Source: a virus
Lineage: Duplodnaviria > Caudoviricetes
Direction: 5' to 3' (one strand)
Length of the DNA: 64,000 bases
IMG/VR virus record: IMGVR_UViG_3300023218_000040
Location: 1 to 64,000 of that record
Shown: in pieces, positions 17,007 to 27,132 of the stretch
Layout: each line of letters opens with the position of its first letter
Position numbering within the stretch: the first letter of the stretch is position 1
The notes under the pieces: model-generated
What the model saw: the letters and a program-made list of their open reading frames with translations, nothing else
Database searches by the model: none
Told to the model about the DNA's origin: nothing
Program-made: the position numbers and the translations under genes

Positions 17007-17578
17007 CCAGTAGATCCGAAGTGACCTTCTCCCCGCTCTGTATCATCCAACTCATCAACGTATTCTAGAGTTGGCAACAGCACCGGCTTGACAATCATTT
17101 GAGCAATCCGCATACCACGTTCAACGAAGAACTTCTTGGTAGACAGATTGATCAAGATGATCTTGATCTCACCACGATAATCAGAGTCAATGGTTCCTGG
17201 CGTATTCAGAACCGTAAGACCATGATTTGCTGCTAGTCCCGACCGAGGTCGAATTTGAGCTTCGTAGCCTACTGGAAGTGCAATCGAGACACCCGTAGGG
17301 ATAATCTCTCTCGCACCCATATTATTTAGACAAACAGGCTCATAGACTGCTGCATAAAGGTCAACACCAGCACTACCAATCGTGGCAGCCTTCAGATTGG
17401 GGAGATCACCGTAGTGCCCAAGCTTCTTTACTCGAATCGACACATGAGGCGAGTTATTAGTAGCGTCTACACGTGCTGGAGTTGGAAGAGCACGTTCAAC
17501 GACTTCTTTGCCGCCACCGAAGTGGGCAGCAACTTCTTGAACCATTTCTTCGTGGGTCCGGGTCGTCTTATCTGACAT
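17000..17578 (-). CDS. dut: Trimeric dUTPase
   Basis: AGVDL, RPRSG, GTIDSDYRGE, RIAQ and RGEGHFGSTG motifs; start MSDKTT. Confidence 0.95.
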   Translation of the reverse strand: MSDKTTRTHEEMVQEVAAHFGGGKEVVERALPTPARVDATNNSPHVSIRVKKLGHYGDLPNLKAATIGSAGVDLYAAVYEPVCLNNMGAREIIPTGVSIALPVGYEAQIRPRSGLAANHGLTVLNTPGTIDSDYRGEIKIILINLSTKKFFVERGMRIAQMIVKPVLLPTLEYVDELDDTERGEGHFGSTGL

Positions 17579-17606
17579 AACACCCTCTCTGTTCGATGTT
17601 TTCCAG

Positions 17607-17635
17607 AATATGAGTACATCAAAACCTAAAGTCAA
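17607..17635 (-). promoter_or_regulatory. Sigma70-type promoter heading the dut-gp32-uvsX-uvsY-uvsW operon
   Basis: TTGACT-17 nt-CATATT, overlapping the TerL stop codon. Confidence 0.55.
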
Positions 17636-20600
17636 GATATCGATACAGTAGGCGGTAAAGCGATATTATCCGGATGATCAAAGTCGTCGGGATCATAATC
17701 ATCTATGTCAGGGCGAATCAGGTCATCCAGGTCTGGTTCATGGTACCTAATTTCATCTACAAGGTGACACATGAGAATACAGGACATCACGATATCGTCC
17801 TTGGCTCCTTCCTTTGCTGCATACGACTGTCCGCTTTTGACAAATGTCTTTAGCTGCGAGGCTAAATGCTTGGAGCGAACCACAAACAGATTTCTCTCCA
17901 CGAGGTTCTTAAACTCCACAGCATAACGCTTTTTACTGGATACACTGGTCAAAAGGCCACGCCACCTGTTTGTCACCTTGGTATCCATACCTCCACCAAG
18001 AACGTTAATAGAAGTCATGGTCGAGTCAATGAGGAAACCTGGGAAAGTCATCTCGTCTTCGTACTCGATGGCATTCAAGATACCGATACCAAGTCCATTC
18101 CTCTCTACAGAGTAATAAGTTTGGCATCCACCTTCGTGTGCAGGATCATTCATCTGAATCATGAAGATGCGCTTCAAGGTACGACGAAGCATTTTGGTCT
18201 GCTCAACCTGATCCACGTAGTTGTTGTTCCACTCTGCTACCTGTGTCATCTGTGGAATCTCCCACACCTGAATACACGCATCGTCCGCAGCCACACCTTC
18301 TGAGGGATCAAGAACCACACCATAGATTTGGTTCGGAAGAATCTCCTCGTACCAACGCATTCCCCATTTATCGATGAATTGAGGCTTACGAACAGTCTGA
18401 CGAAATGTGGCCATCTTGGCAGCCGAAATCAAGGTGGAGTCTCCGGAAACGAATGCACACTCATACTCACGTAGCCATTCCTCCTCGGTCAAACCCGAAG
18501 AAAGAACCTGACGCTTGAATTTTTCATCACGAAATCCTCCACGACCATCCGGGATCCTAGACCAGTGGGCATGGAAACCAATAAAGCCTTCCAGAGTGTC
18601 ATCGTCACCGATGTCCAGATCTTCTTCCTTGCTGCTATACAGCATACGAGCGTCTTCAGTTTCATACTCGATATCGTATTCTTCAGTATTTTCATCAGGA
18701 ACGTCCAACATCTGCCTTTCAGCAAACACATCTCTCCAAACATCTGAGCTTGGATGCCTAGTAGAGTTGAACCAAATGGAGGCGAATTTGTCTTCGTCTG
18801 TGTTCGGGGTTGATGTGATAATACATTTACCACCAGTATTAGAACCAATCATTCCATTCTGTGCAAAGGTATGAGTACCAGGGACGGTAAAATCATATGT
18901 GATGCATGAACCATCTTCAATGTAAGCTATGCGTTCCCAAGTAGAATTCCTACAATACTCCTGAAAGAATACCTCAAATTTCTCTAGTAGGTGAGACAAT
19001 TTATGACGTACAATAGATTCAACACCACGAAGCCAATTGACGGTAACATGTCTGTTCGGATGATTATCCAAACATTTGTCAAATCTTCGACCGTGTGTTC
19101 TCCACCAGTTTTTGGATTTACCTGATTCTGTTAAAAGATCCACTAAGGTTGAGCGTATATGCCGAACAGGAATCGTAAACAATTTAGAATCATCCTGATT
19201 CCGTATAAAACATACCCTGTTGGCTGCCGTCGTTTTTTTGTTGATTCTAAATCCAATAATATCAAGAAACATTTGAGTTTGACTCAGCGGTATGTACAGA
19301 TTCCAAGAAGGACGGAAGCATTCGGTTATAGCTCGGTTGTCAGCTATTACCCTTGATTTCTGTTCTTTATTAGGAATAATATCCGGGAGGAAACCAAGAT
19401 TTGTTAACAATAATTGTACATCTCTCAATAACTCAAGGCTAGTTGATGTTAAAATCACCCCTTTATTACAAGCACACCCGTCACCATCAAATAGTCCTGA
19501 TAGGTAATTTATAATTGTTTCTCTAGTACCTTGAAGAATTGCATCTGGTACTCTTTTATCGTAACACTTGGCATGTAAATCAACTCCCCACTCAGAAAGT
19601 TGAAATACTAATTTAGAACTGGTACAATATAATTTTGTGGGCTCTGAATTAGATACCCTGAATGATTCTTTTTTTCTTTTCAGGAATACATTTCTAAATT
19701 CAGAATCGGTATTTGAGATCCATACCGTAGATTTTTTTCCGTTGTTACCGGATACCCACCCTTCGGCGGTGTATCCTCCTAACATGTAGGCATCATCCGG
19801 TGTCAATGTAATATTACCGAATAGGTTTAACCCCACATCAACTCTTAGGTAATCATTAGTGGTTAAGTTTTTTGCCTTAACCATTTCCCCGCTATAGCTT
19901 CTTGGAACATATAGGGGGTGATCTAAAGTAGCCTCCAAAAATCTGCCTTTGGAAGTTGTAATCTTTTTAGTAGCAGAAAACGGACTTACGTATCCATGAG
20001 AAACCTTTTCCATTCCTTCTTTTCCATAGATCATAAGGTCATTTCGTTCCTTATAGTCTCCGGTTTTCCATCCAGAGTGTAGATTCCCTATTCTTTCAAA
20101 TCCCCTTTGAGTAAAAACTAGTGTATCACCAGACACGCATGCAATAGTCGGGTAAATGGCTGTCCAAAACTCGTTTGCGATACCAGGACGAACGAATGCA
20201 AACTCGTCCAGGTAGATTAGTGAGTTGGACTTACCTCGACCGGACGTTGCTGTGGTCGCAGTAGCAAGTAGTTTGGAGTTGTTGTCAAATTCTTTAGTGT
20301 GAACTTGATTGACCTTGCATCCTGGTTTTAACCACCATGGTAGTTCTTCGTAAGCATACCACAGACGACTCATGATGTCCTTGGCACCATCGTGATCCTT
20401 GGAAGCAATCAAGATATGCTGATCGTCCTTGAAAATGGCATACCACAAAAGGTAAGCAGCAGCGGTTGCGGTTTTACCACACTGACGAGACAGCAGAGCG
20501 ATTACAAGTCGATTGCTATTGTAGCAATCGACTAGACTTTCCTGGTAATCAAACAAGTTAAACTTCACAGCACCACGAGTTGGATGCTGGATGTATACAT

Positions 20601-20727
20601 ACTCACGGATAAAATATACAGCATCATTGGCACATCGAAGAAGCTCTTCGATTTGCTTAGTGGTATACTCTTGTTGATAGCCAGACGGCTTGATCTTGCC
20701 GCCTTCGTCTTCGGCCAAACGTGGCAT
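17632..20727 (-). CDS. gp17: Terminase large subunit (gp17-like), interrupted by an intein
   Basis: Walker A SRQCGKT, Walker B YLDEFAF, ITSTPN, nuclease LDPSEG and DDIVMS. Confidence 0.96.
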   Translation of the reverse strand: MPRLAEDEGGKIKPSGYQQEYTTKQIEELLRCANDAVYFIREYVYIQHPTRGAVKFNLFDYQESLVDCYNSNRLVIALLSRQCGKTATAAAYLLWYAIFKDDQHILIASKDHDGAKDIMSRLWYAYEELPWWLKPGCKVNQVHTKEFDNNSKLLATATTATSGRGKSNSLIYLDEFAFVRPGIANEFWTAIYPTIACVSGDTLVFTQRGFERIGNLHSGWKTGDYKERNDLMIYGKEGMEKVSHGYVSPFSATKKITTSKGRFLEATLDHPLYVPRSYSGEMVKAKNLTTNDYLRVDVGLNLFGNITLTPDDAYMLGGYTAEGWVSGNNGKKSTVWISNTDSEFRNVFLKRKKESFRVSNSEPTKLYCTSSKLVFQLSEWGVDLHAKCYDKRVPDAILQGTRETIINYLSGLFDGDGCACNKGVILTSTSLELLRDVQLLLTNLGFLPDIIPNKEQKSRVIADNRAITECFRPSWNLYIPLSQTQMFLDIIGFRINKKTTAANRVCFIRNQDDSKLFTIPVRHIRSTLVDLLTESGKSKNWWRTHGRRFDKCLDNHPNRHVTVNWLRGVESIVRHKLSHLLEKFEVFFQEYCRNSTWERIAYIEDGSCITYDFTVPGTHTFAQNGMIGSNTGGKCIITSTPNTDEDKFASIWFNSTRHPSSDVWRDVFAERQMLDVPDENTEEYDIEYETEDARMLYSSKEEDLDIGDDDTLEGFIGFHAHWSRIPDGRGGFRDEKFKRQVLSSGLTEEEWLREYECAFVSGDSTLISAAKMATFRQTVRKPQFIDKWGMRWYEEILPNQIYGVVLDPSEGVAADDACIQVWEIPQMTQVAEWNNNYVDQVEQTKMLRRTLKRIFMIQMNDPAHEGGCQTYYSVERNGLGIGILNAIEYEDEMTFPGFLIDSTMTSINVLGGGMDTKVTNRWRGLLTSVSSKKRYAVEFKNLVERNLFVVRSKHLASQLKTFVKSGQSYAAKEGAKDDIVMSCILMCHLVDEIRYHEPDLDDLIRPDIDDYDPDDFDHPDNIALPPTVSIS
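18838..20139 (-). mobile_element. Intein (434 aa) with a LAGLIDADG homing endonuclease in TerL
   Basis: YPTIA|CVSGDT...HTFAQNGMIGSN|TGGKC; LAGLIDADG-like blocks YMLGGYTAEG and YLSGLFDGDG. Confidence 0.93.
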
Positions 20728-21734
20728 TATACTGCCTCGGGTTCAATCGCAATCAGTCTACTAGCGTCCAGTTTTTCTTTTTGTGCTACTCGGCGTACAG
20801 CCTTAGCTCGTGCATCAGTCTCAGTAAACGCCTTGATTAAAGCAGTATAAGACCTACCAGTATCCTGGTCTTTAACCATGACCTCGTAGTTCTTCAGGTT
20901 TTGCTCACGAAGCGTCTTGGTGTAGCGAAAATCCCGGTCGTGTCCTTCCAGCTTAACCTTGTTTTCATCAAGAACCTTGAATGTTCCACGACCACGCTTC
21001 AACAGATCAGAAACGAACTCATGGGTCATTGGCTTGTTCTTGAACGGACCCGACACGTGGACCACGCTGGGATCTACTTTGTAACGTTCCAGTAGATAGT
21101 ATCCCTTGCGAGGGGTGTGACCAAGCATGTCATGCATGCACAGGTGAGTAGTAACAAAAGATTCGTATAGTTTAGGAGTCACATTTCTATCATTGATTTC
21201 CGCTTCACGTGTCTTGCGGTCGGTCTCTAGCTCCTTCATGAAATCAGCCAGTCTGGCCGTCCCTACGTACTTCTGAGCGTCTGGATCGATGTCACCATCA
21301 TCTGGGGTACCATTCCAGTCCTTAGCCGTATGTGTAAGATTCTTATACTCTCCACCCTCTTCATCAGCCATGTTTAGTGGATCATTGCCTTCCCACTTCT
21401 CTCCCTCACGGTAAACTGCGATCCACTCCCAATGAATATCGGTGAAGTAGGCAATCTTCTGGCGTAATACTTCATTTGGAACTTCCGTTCCTAGTACAGC
21501 CTTCACGTGAAACACGGTATCGATACCGGGCTCATCGTGGCTTGGTGGGAACATAGGCTCATAGGCAGCAAGTGGGTTGTAGGAAATTCTCTCAAGAGAG
21601 CGCAAATCATAACCTAACAGACCTAGCTGTAGGTTGTAGAATGTCTCGTCGTTGTGGATATGACGGCTCGACTTAATGTTGTAAGTGAACTCTTCATCCT
21701 GTTCAGCGAGATATGCTTGAAACTTCTTGCTCAT
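20727..21734 (-). CDS. Hypothetical late protein between TerS and TerL, possibly an internal head protein
   Basis: 335 aa, TAATG-coupled to TerL, own GTAAATA at 21760-21766; N-terminus MSKKFQAYLAE. Confidence 0.7.
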   Translation of the reverse strand: MSKKFQAYLAEQDEEFTYNIKSSRHIHNDETFYNLQLGLLGYDLRSLERISYNPLAAYEPMFPPSHDEPGIDTVFHVKAVLGTEVPNEVLRQKIAYFTDIHWEWIAVYREGEKWEGNDPLNMADEEGGEYKNLTHTAKDWNGTPDDGDIDPDAQKYVGTARLADFMKELETDRKTREAEINDRNVTPKLYESFVTTHLCMHDMLGHTPRKGYYLLERYKVDPSVVHVSGPFKNKPMTHEFVSDLLKRGRGTFKVLDENKVKLEGHDRDFRYTKTLREQNLKNYEVMVKDQDTGRSYTALIKAFTETDARAKAVRRVAQKEKLDASRLIAIEPEAV

Positions 21735-21762
21735 AGTGAAAATCCTTCGTCGGTTCTAATAT

Positions 21763-22260
21763 TTACTCAGGTTCTCCATTTTGGGCTTCTGCCCTTTTTG
21801 CATCATTTAACATCTTCATAATGTCTTCTCTAGAACCGAAGAAATTGGCGTTGATCGTTTGTGGTCTTCCAGACCCACCATTGAACGACTTCTCTTCCAT
21901 GCGTTGCTTTTTCTTTTTCAACTGAAGGTCGGTTTTATGCTTGATGGCATCGAGGGTGGTACCCATAATCATAGACGTGACTTCCATGTGTCGATTGCGC
22001 TTGTCTGGCTGGACCTCGGGTAGTTCTTCGTATAGTTCCTGGAACATACCCATGCTCTTGCCAATAAAATCATCAAGCTGCTTTTCGCCCTCAACTAAAC
22101 GGTATTCGATGTCGCTCAGGTCAGGCAAATCTGGATTATCCACACTAATTATTTCATGTGGTTCCACGGTCACAAGCGGGGCTCTATCTTCGATTAGACC
22201 CTCCTCTGGAATTTCCATATCCAGAGCTTCTGCAATGTTCTTATTCAGGCGATGTGTCAT
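21763..22260 (-). CDS. gp16: Terminase small subunit (gp16-like)
   Basis: R.MEV...IM..TLD and TINANFFGSREDIMKML C-terminal pattern; position upstream of TerL. Confidence 0.75.
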   Translation of the reverse strand: MTHRLNKNIAEALDMEIPEEGLIEDRAPLVTVEPHEIISVDNPDLPDLSDIEYRLVEGEKQLDDFIGKSMGMFQELYEELPEVQPDKRNRHMEVTSMIMGTTLDAIKHKTDLQLKKKKQRMEEKSFNGGSGRPQTINANFFGSREDIMKMLNDAKRAEAQNGEPE

Positions 22261-22904
22261 ATCTTTCTGGATCTTGACGCCTTCGGTACCTTTCCGGCCC
22301 TCGGGCTCTTGCTACTACTTACCCTTGATTTCTGACTAGCACGGGTGGTTCTCGATGCTGTTCCTAAGTTATTCGCCGTCTGCTTCCGAACCTTCTGTGG
22401 TTTCGTCGGATTCGGAGCCTTAATTTGTTCTTTTCCGACAGCTTTGATAGGATTCTTTCGTCCTTTTCGGTTGGCGTGATTTGCATACAATTCTGCTTCG
22501 GTAAGGACGAGGAAATCAACTCCACGTCTTCCGGCCCACTGCGTTGCAGCACCCCATTTGGCTTCGTTTCTCGCTCTGATTACCGCATCTTTAGTGTTGC
22601 GAGCATGTGCCTCCGATGCCTCGTGAAGAGGCTTGATCTCGATTAGCTTAGTGCTGGGGGTTCCACCCCTCTTTTTGTATGTAACCAAGAAGTCCGGAAT
22701 GTAGATAGATTGCTTACCATTCAACGGATTTGAGTATGGGATCTTTATAGGTTCGGATGCCCACTCCATTACATCCGGGTGATTATCACAGTACCGCATG
22801 AACTCTAGTTCCCACGTGCTACGATAGACAATCGGGTATTCCCCGGTGTACTTTGATGGAAATTGTGGTGTAAACAGACCCTTTGATGGTCGTCTCCTAG
22901 CCAT
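22257..22904 (-). CDS. gp4: Head completion nuclease (gp4-like) with a basic C-terminal tail
   Basis: F.P.FPSKY.G...IVYRSTWE..FM..CD...W.SE...IPY...Y.PDF...EIKP. Confidence 0.9.
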   Translation of the reverse strand: MARRRPSKGLFTPQFPSKYTGEYPIVYRSTWELEFMRYCDNHPDVMEWASEPIKIPYSNPLNGKQSIYIPDFLVTYKKRGGTPSTKLIEIKPLHEASEAHARNTKDAVIRARNEAKWGAATQWAGRRGVDFLVLTEAELYANHANRKGRKNPIKAVGKEQIKAPNPTKPQKVRKQTANNLGTASRTTRASQKSRVSSSKSPRAGKVPKASRSRKI

Positions 22905-24562
22905 TAAGATTCACCCTCATCAACATCATTCAATACATCATTTCTCTGTCGAATAAAGGAATTCAATGCAGCCTCAAGTGCTTGCTGTTCTCCCTGTAGC
23001 TCTTGAACTCTGGGATCATTCACGTTCTGTCCATTCTCTGCCAGGATAGCTGCCTGTTGATCCAAGTTAGCACCAATCATCTGGTTAGCTTGTGCAATAT
23101 TTGCATTCGCACGTTCGAGGTTAGTCATGTTCTGTTGTGCCAATGCAGCATTTCTAGGATTTGGGATTACCCCAGAAGGCATCGTTGGAACTCCACCAAG
23201 CTTACTTTGTGTGTTTGCCAATGCACTTTGGGTAGAAGCATTGCCAGTATCATTTCTACGTTGTTGAGATCTCTGACCAGCAAGAGATTCTGTCAATTGT
23301 TCTTTCTTCTCTTGTAGCTTAGCCTGTTTCCTGAGTATAACACTACCTTCCGGCGTGGTCGGGTCTATCGGTCCAGCAGCAATCAAACGTTCCTGCTCTG
23401 CTTCCACCCTACGCAATTCTGCTTCCTTACCAGCTATTGTGGACGGAACAGTAGGCTCAGGAGCAGATATCAAAATAGGTTCTAGTTGAATTGCTTCACC
23501 CAAGCCAAATGTTTGCACACCTGAATCCTCAAGAGCTTGTTCTTCTTTTTCTTCATCTGTTGGAAATCTAACCGAATCATTCACGGTCTGTGCTTGCTTG
23601 ATTTCATCAGGAATGTTGCTAACCAAATCCCCCAGGCTAGGATTGGCAGCAAATACACTTGCCAATGAATCCAATGTAGTGGTCGCTTGGTTTTGATTTC
23701 TAGCGATGATTTGACGCCCAATACCATTCTTTCGTGTAACTTCAGCACCATCCATAGGAAAGAATCCAAGTATGGTACTGATGTAGTCACGTAGACGACC
23801 ACGATTCTGACCAAAGGTCCAATAATAACTTTCGTACTCAAAGTTGGCAGTGACCTCAACTTTGCCGGTTCGATCCTCTTCGTCTAGATTCTCGTGATCC
23901 CAAACAGTGATCACCGGGTTATGAAACCAGTATACATTAATAGCATCAGGCTCAGTTCCCAAATCATAAATGACAATCGACTCGAAGAAGTGGCGCATAT
24001 CATTGGGCTTGAGTTTCATGCCGAGAGATGGACGACGACTCATACTAGAACGCATCTCTTCTCCAGTTAGCCTCTCGGTGAATTGATAATCACCAGAAGC
24101 GCTGGACGAACTAAGATTAGACGCAGTGTTGGCACCAATGTTCTCACCTACCGTGGCAAGGTGACTATAAAAGTTCATGTATTCCTTCCACAATGCCTGA
24201 GTTACGGAGGTAGAGTCATCATCGAATGTCATACTTCCGCCTTGGAACTCGATGATAGTCGGAATCTTGATCCACTTGTTGTATGATCTTAAAGTCTCAT
24301 ACTTGACTTCAGGCTTGGGATGATCGATGCGCTTCAGTTGGGTATAGATTTTTCCGTTGCACAGAAACTCTTTCAGGTTACTAACAGGGTTTTCAAACAC
24401 TTGTTCGTTCACCTTGAATTCCACTAGATAGGTAAACTTGAACCGAGGAATGCTCATCGGCCCATCTTGGTTCTGGAAGTTGCGCTCGCTTTGGGCGTAA
24501 TTAGCTATAGGCCAGCCTTGCTCGTTGCCACCAACTCCAAAATTTCTGTTGTTTACTGCCAT
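22904..24562 (-). CDS. Tail-tube-fold baseplate protein (gp48/gp54-like) with a coiled-coil extension
   Basis: N-terminal tube-like fold (PRFKFTYLVEF...MTFDDDS...NFEYE) and a Q/E-rich C-terminus. Confidence 0.65.
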   Translation of the reverse strand: MAVNNRNFGVGGNEQGWPIANYAQSERNFQNQDGPMSIPRFKFTYLVEFKVNEQVFENPVSNLKEFLCNGKIYTQLKRIDHPKPEVKYETLRSYNKWIKIPTIIEFQGGSMTFDDDSTSVTQALWKEYMNFYSHLATVGENIGANTASNLSSSSASGDYQFTERLTGEEMRSSMSRRPSLGMKLKPNDMRHFFESIVIYDLGTEPDAINVYWFHNPVITVWDHENLDEEDRTGKVEVTANFEYESYYWTFGQNRGRLRDYISTILGFFPMDGAEVTRKNGIGRQIIARNQNQATTTLDSLASVFAANPSLGDLVSNIPDEIKQAQTVNDSVRFPTDEEKEEQALEDSGVQTFGLGEAIQLEPILISAPEPTVPSTIAGKEAELRRVEAEQERLIAAGPIDPTTPEGSVILRKQAKLQEKKEQLTESLAGQRSQQRRNDTGNASTQSALANTQSKLGGVPTMPSGVIPNPRNAALAQQNMTNLERANANIAQANQMIGANLDQQAAILAENGQNVNDPRVQELQGEQQALEAALNSFIRQRNDVLNDVDEGES

Positions 24563-24575
24563 ATCTGAGCCCTTT

Positions 24576-24590
24576 GTAAATAGTATTTAC
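24576..24590. promoter_or_regulatory. Palindromic bidirectional late promoter GTAAATA-G-TATTTAC
   Basis: Perfect inverted pair of the late motif between the divergent gp48-like and rpsU genes. Confidence 0.75.
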
Positions 24591-24619
24591 TTTCACCCCC
24601 ACTGAGGATTGAGGACAAT

Positions 24620-24841
24620 ATGAGAGTAGATGTAAAAAACGACAACGTAGAAAAGGCTCTGAAGATTCTGAAAAAGAAGCTATTCGATGATGGCTTGATT
24701 AATGAAATCACCAAGAGACGATTCTATGAGAAACCGTCTGAGACTCGAAAGAATAAGAAGAACGAGGCAAAGAACCGGCAGCGTAAAGTTCTCTTGAGAG
24801 AACGTGAACAGAGGCGACAAGGGTATTTGAGAGGCAGATAA
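24620..24841 (+). CDS. rpsU: 30S ribosomal protein bS21
   Basis: V.V..DNVEKALK.LKKK...G...E...R.FYEKPSE.R; GAGGA SD. Confidence 0.93.
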   Translation: MRVDVKNDNVEKALKILKKKLFDDGLINEITKRRFYEKPSETRKNKKNEAKNRQRKVLLREREQRRQGYLRGR

Positions 24842-24865
24842 GAAAAGGGGCATAAGCCCCTTTTC
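24842..24865. terminator. Bidirectional intrinsic terminator between rpsU and the tail tube gene
   Basis: GAAAAGGGGC-ataa-GCCCCTTTTC with T/A runs on both sides. Confidence 0.85.
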
Positions 24866-24885
24866 GTTTTGGTCTGTACGAACCG

Positions 24886-25644
24886 TTACAGTCCGACCGA
24901 TACCGATCCACCAGCCGAGAAGTTACTGTTCGAAATGAATCCACTTGCGGTTAGAACGGTGCTGGATGCTCCAGTGGTTGAAATTGAACCCTGTGCACCA
25001 ACACCAGTAGAAGCCACACCAGACTGAGAATTGATCTCCTCCTGATGGCTGAACACACCCATACGGAATCCATCCTGGTCGAACCCAATCACGTTGTCGT
25101 AACGTAGGGTCAGGCTAATTTCCATTGCGGTGGCGTCCTCATAGGTAAGCTCACCGAGATCCATGTTTATAATCTGGCAACCGGCGAAGCACCACTTCTG
25201 AATGATGTTCGGGTCGGATGCGGAACCACCAGCGGATTGACCACCAGCAAGAACGTCCAGGTCCATCTCGAACTTGTAGTTCTCACCAGCACGGCTCATC
25301 GTCTGATCGAAGAAATTCTGTTGCTTGGCGACCTGTTCCTGAACACGTCGGCCAACGGAATTCGTGATGTCATCAATGAAAGTGATTGTCAATTCTTGCC
25401 ATTCACCACGAGTAGAAATATATACCGTGGATACATAGGAGTATAGAGTTTGTGTTTCAAAGGCTAAGTTAGGACGACCAATACGTCGAATCTGACGAGT
25501 CAAATCATATGGTGCAACTTCACCTGGAGTTCCGAAATCGAAAAACAGCACTCGAAATCGATTGGATAGAATTGGTTGAAGTACTGCGGAACGGTCTCCA
25601 TTCAGGCCCGGGACTCCAAAATTTGCTAACGAATTTACGCTCAT
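24886..25644 (-). CDS. gp19: Tail tube protein (gp19-like)
   Basis: PILSNRFRV.F, GEWQELTITF.DD, W...GC, L.Y......I.LTLRYDN. Start MSVNSL with a late motif at 25671-25677. Confidence 0.88.
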   Translation of the reverse strand: MSVNSLANFGVPGLNGDRSAVLQPILSNRFRVLFFDFGTPGEVAPYDLTRQIRRIGRPNLAFETQTLYSYVSTVYISTRGEWQELTITFIDDITNSVGRRVQEQVAKQQNFFDQTMSRAGENYKFEMDLDVLAGGQSAGGSASDPNIIQKWCFAGCQIINMDLGELTYEDATAMEISLTLRYDNVIGFDQDGFRMGVFSHQEEINSQSGVASTGVGAQGSISTTGASSTVLTASGFISNSNFSAGGSVSVGL

Positions 25645-25695
25645 ATACCTTCCCTCGAATGTTATTGTCTTATTTATCACGAATTGAACATTAGC

Positions 25696-27132
25696 ATGAA
25701 GAAGAAAACTACTGAACAATTCATCGAAGAAGCTATTGCCATGCATGGTGACAAATATTCTTATGACAAATCTATTTATCGTGGGGCGCATGCTCTTATT
25801 ACCATAACCTGTCCATTGCACGGAGATTTTGAGCAACGGGCACGGCATCATTTAGACGGAAAACAATGTTCATCGTGTACCGGGAATAGAAAATTAACTA
25901 CGGAGGAATTTGTCAACCGGGCTAGAAAATTACATGATGGCTATGATTACTCCAAAGTAAAGTATGAGAATAGTAATAAAAAGGTTATTATTAGGTGTAA
26001 AATTCATGGAAATTTTAGGCAATTTCCGTATCATCATTTGAATGGAAACGGCTGTCCCAAATGTCATCATGTGAGATTGAAGTTTATACAGACAAATTCT
26101 CATTCGGATTTCGTATCCAAAGCTAACGATGTCCATGGTAATACATATCAATATATCCCCCATGATGACTTCAATGGTTCTTCAAAAACAACCATACAAT
26201 GTAACAAGCATGGGGTATTCCATCAGTTGGCAACAAATCATCTTAGAGGTTCGGGATGCCCTGCTTGTGCCAATAAAATATCACAACCACAAATAGACAT
26301 AGCTAATCAGATAAGATCATTAGGACTAACCTGTTTTGAAAATCATCGTGAAATAATTCCTCCTTATGAACTGGATATCTATGTTCCAGAATTATTCACA
26401 GCCATAGAATATTGTGGATTGAGATGGCATTCTGAAACCTTTGGTAAAAAGACCAGAAATTACCATATAAACAAGCTGAAGCTTTGTGGAGAAGCAGGAG
26501 TTCGCTTGATCACTATTTTCGAAGATGAATGGATCAACAAAACCGAGATCGTGAAACGGAGACTTAATCATATTCTGACTAATACCAATAACAAGATTTA
26601 TGCTAGGAAATGTCAAATCAGAGAAATTACCAAGGAAGTTGCCAAGCAATTTCTTGATATCCATCATCTACAAGGATATTCAGGATGCAAATACCGGTAT
26701 GGGTTATATCACGGCGGTGAATTGGTATCGGTCATGACTTTCTCTAAGCCTAACATTTCCAAAGGTTCCAGAGGAAATAGTGAAGGTATATATGAAATCA
26801 ACCGTTTTGCGTCTTCCATTATAGTTGTTGGTGGCGCATCCAAACTACTTAATCATTTCGCAACTAACTTACGACCCAACAAGGTTATTTCATATTGCGA
26901 TTTGCGTTGGTCTACCGGTAATCTGTATCACAAGATGGGCATGTCACTAGTCAGAACTTCAGCACCTAATTATTGGTATATCGATAAACAGTTTCGTATC
27001 CATAGATTTGCGTTACGAAAGGGTAATATCCCGACTGATGATCCCAAACTGACAGAATGGGAAAACAGAAAACTGCAAGGATATGACAGGATTTGGGATT
27101 GCGGAAATCTGGTATTTGAAAAGCAGTATTAA
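25696..27132 (+). CDS. Free-standing endonuclease: 3 Zn-ribbon (C..HG.F) repeats + Vsr-like nuclease + GNAT-like C-terminal domain
   Basis: ELDIYVP...AIEYCGLRWH...ITIFEDEW, then VGGASKLL...ISYCDLRWS.G.LY...RIWDCG. Confidence 0.85.
   Translation: MKKKTTEQFIEEAIAMHGDKYSYDKSIYRGAHALITITCPLHGDFEQRARHHLDGKQCSSCTGNRKLTTEEFVNRARKLHDGYDYSKVKYENSNKKVIIRCKIHGNFRQFPYHHLNGNGCPKCHHVRLKFIQTNSHSDFVSKANDVHGNTYQYIPHDDFNGSSKTTIQCNKHGVFHQLATNHLRGSGCPACANKISQPQIDIANQIRSLGLTCFENHREIIPPYELDIYVPELFTAIEYCGLRWHSETFGKKTRNYHINKLKLCGEAGVRLITIFEDEWINKTEIVKRRLNHILTNTNNKIYARKCQIREITKEVAKQFLDIHHLQGYSGCKYRYGLYHGGELVSVMTFSKPNISKGSRGNSEGIYEINRFASSIIVVGGASKLLNHFATNLRPNKVISYCDLRWSTGNLYHKMGMSLVRTSAPNYWYIDKQFRIHRFALRKGNIPTDDPKLTEWENRKLQGYDRIWDCGNLVFEKQY

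Noticed and set aside
22257-22904. TnsA-like transposase
   Set aside because: The same fold is the T4 gp4 head-completion nuclease, and the context (TerS, baseplate) fits gp4. No tnsB/C or transposon ends are present.
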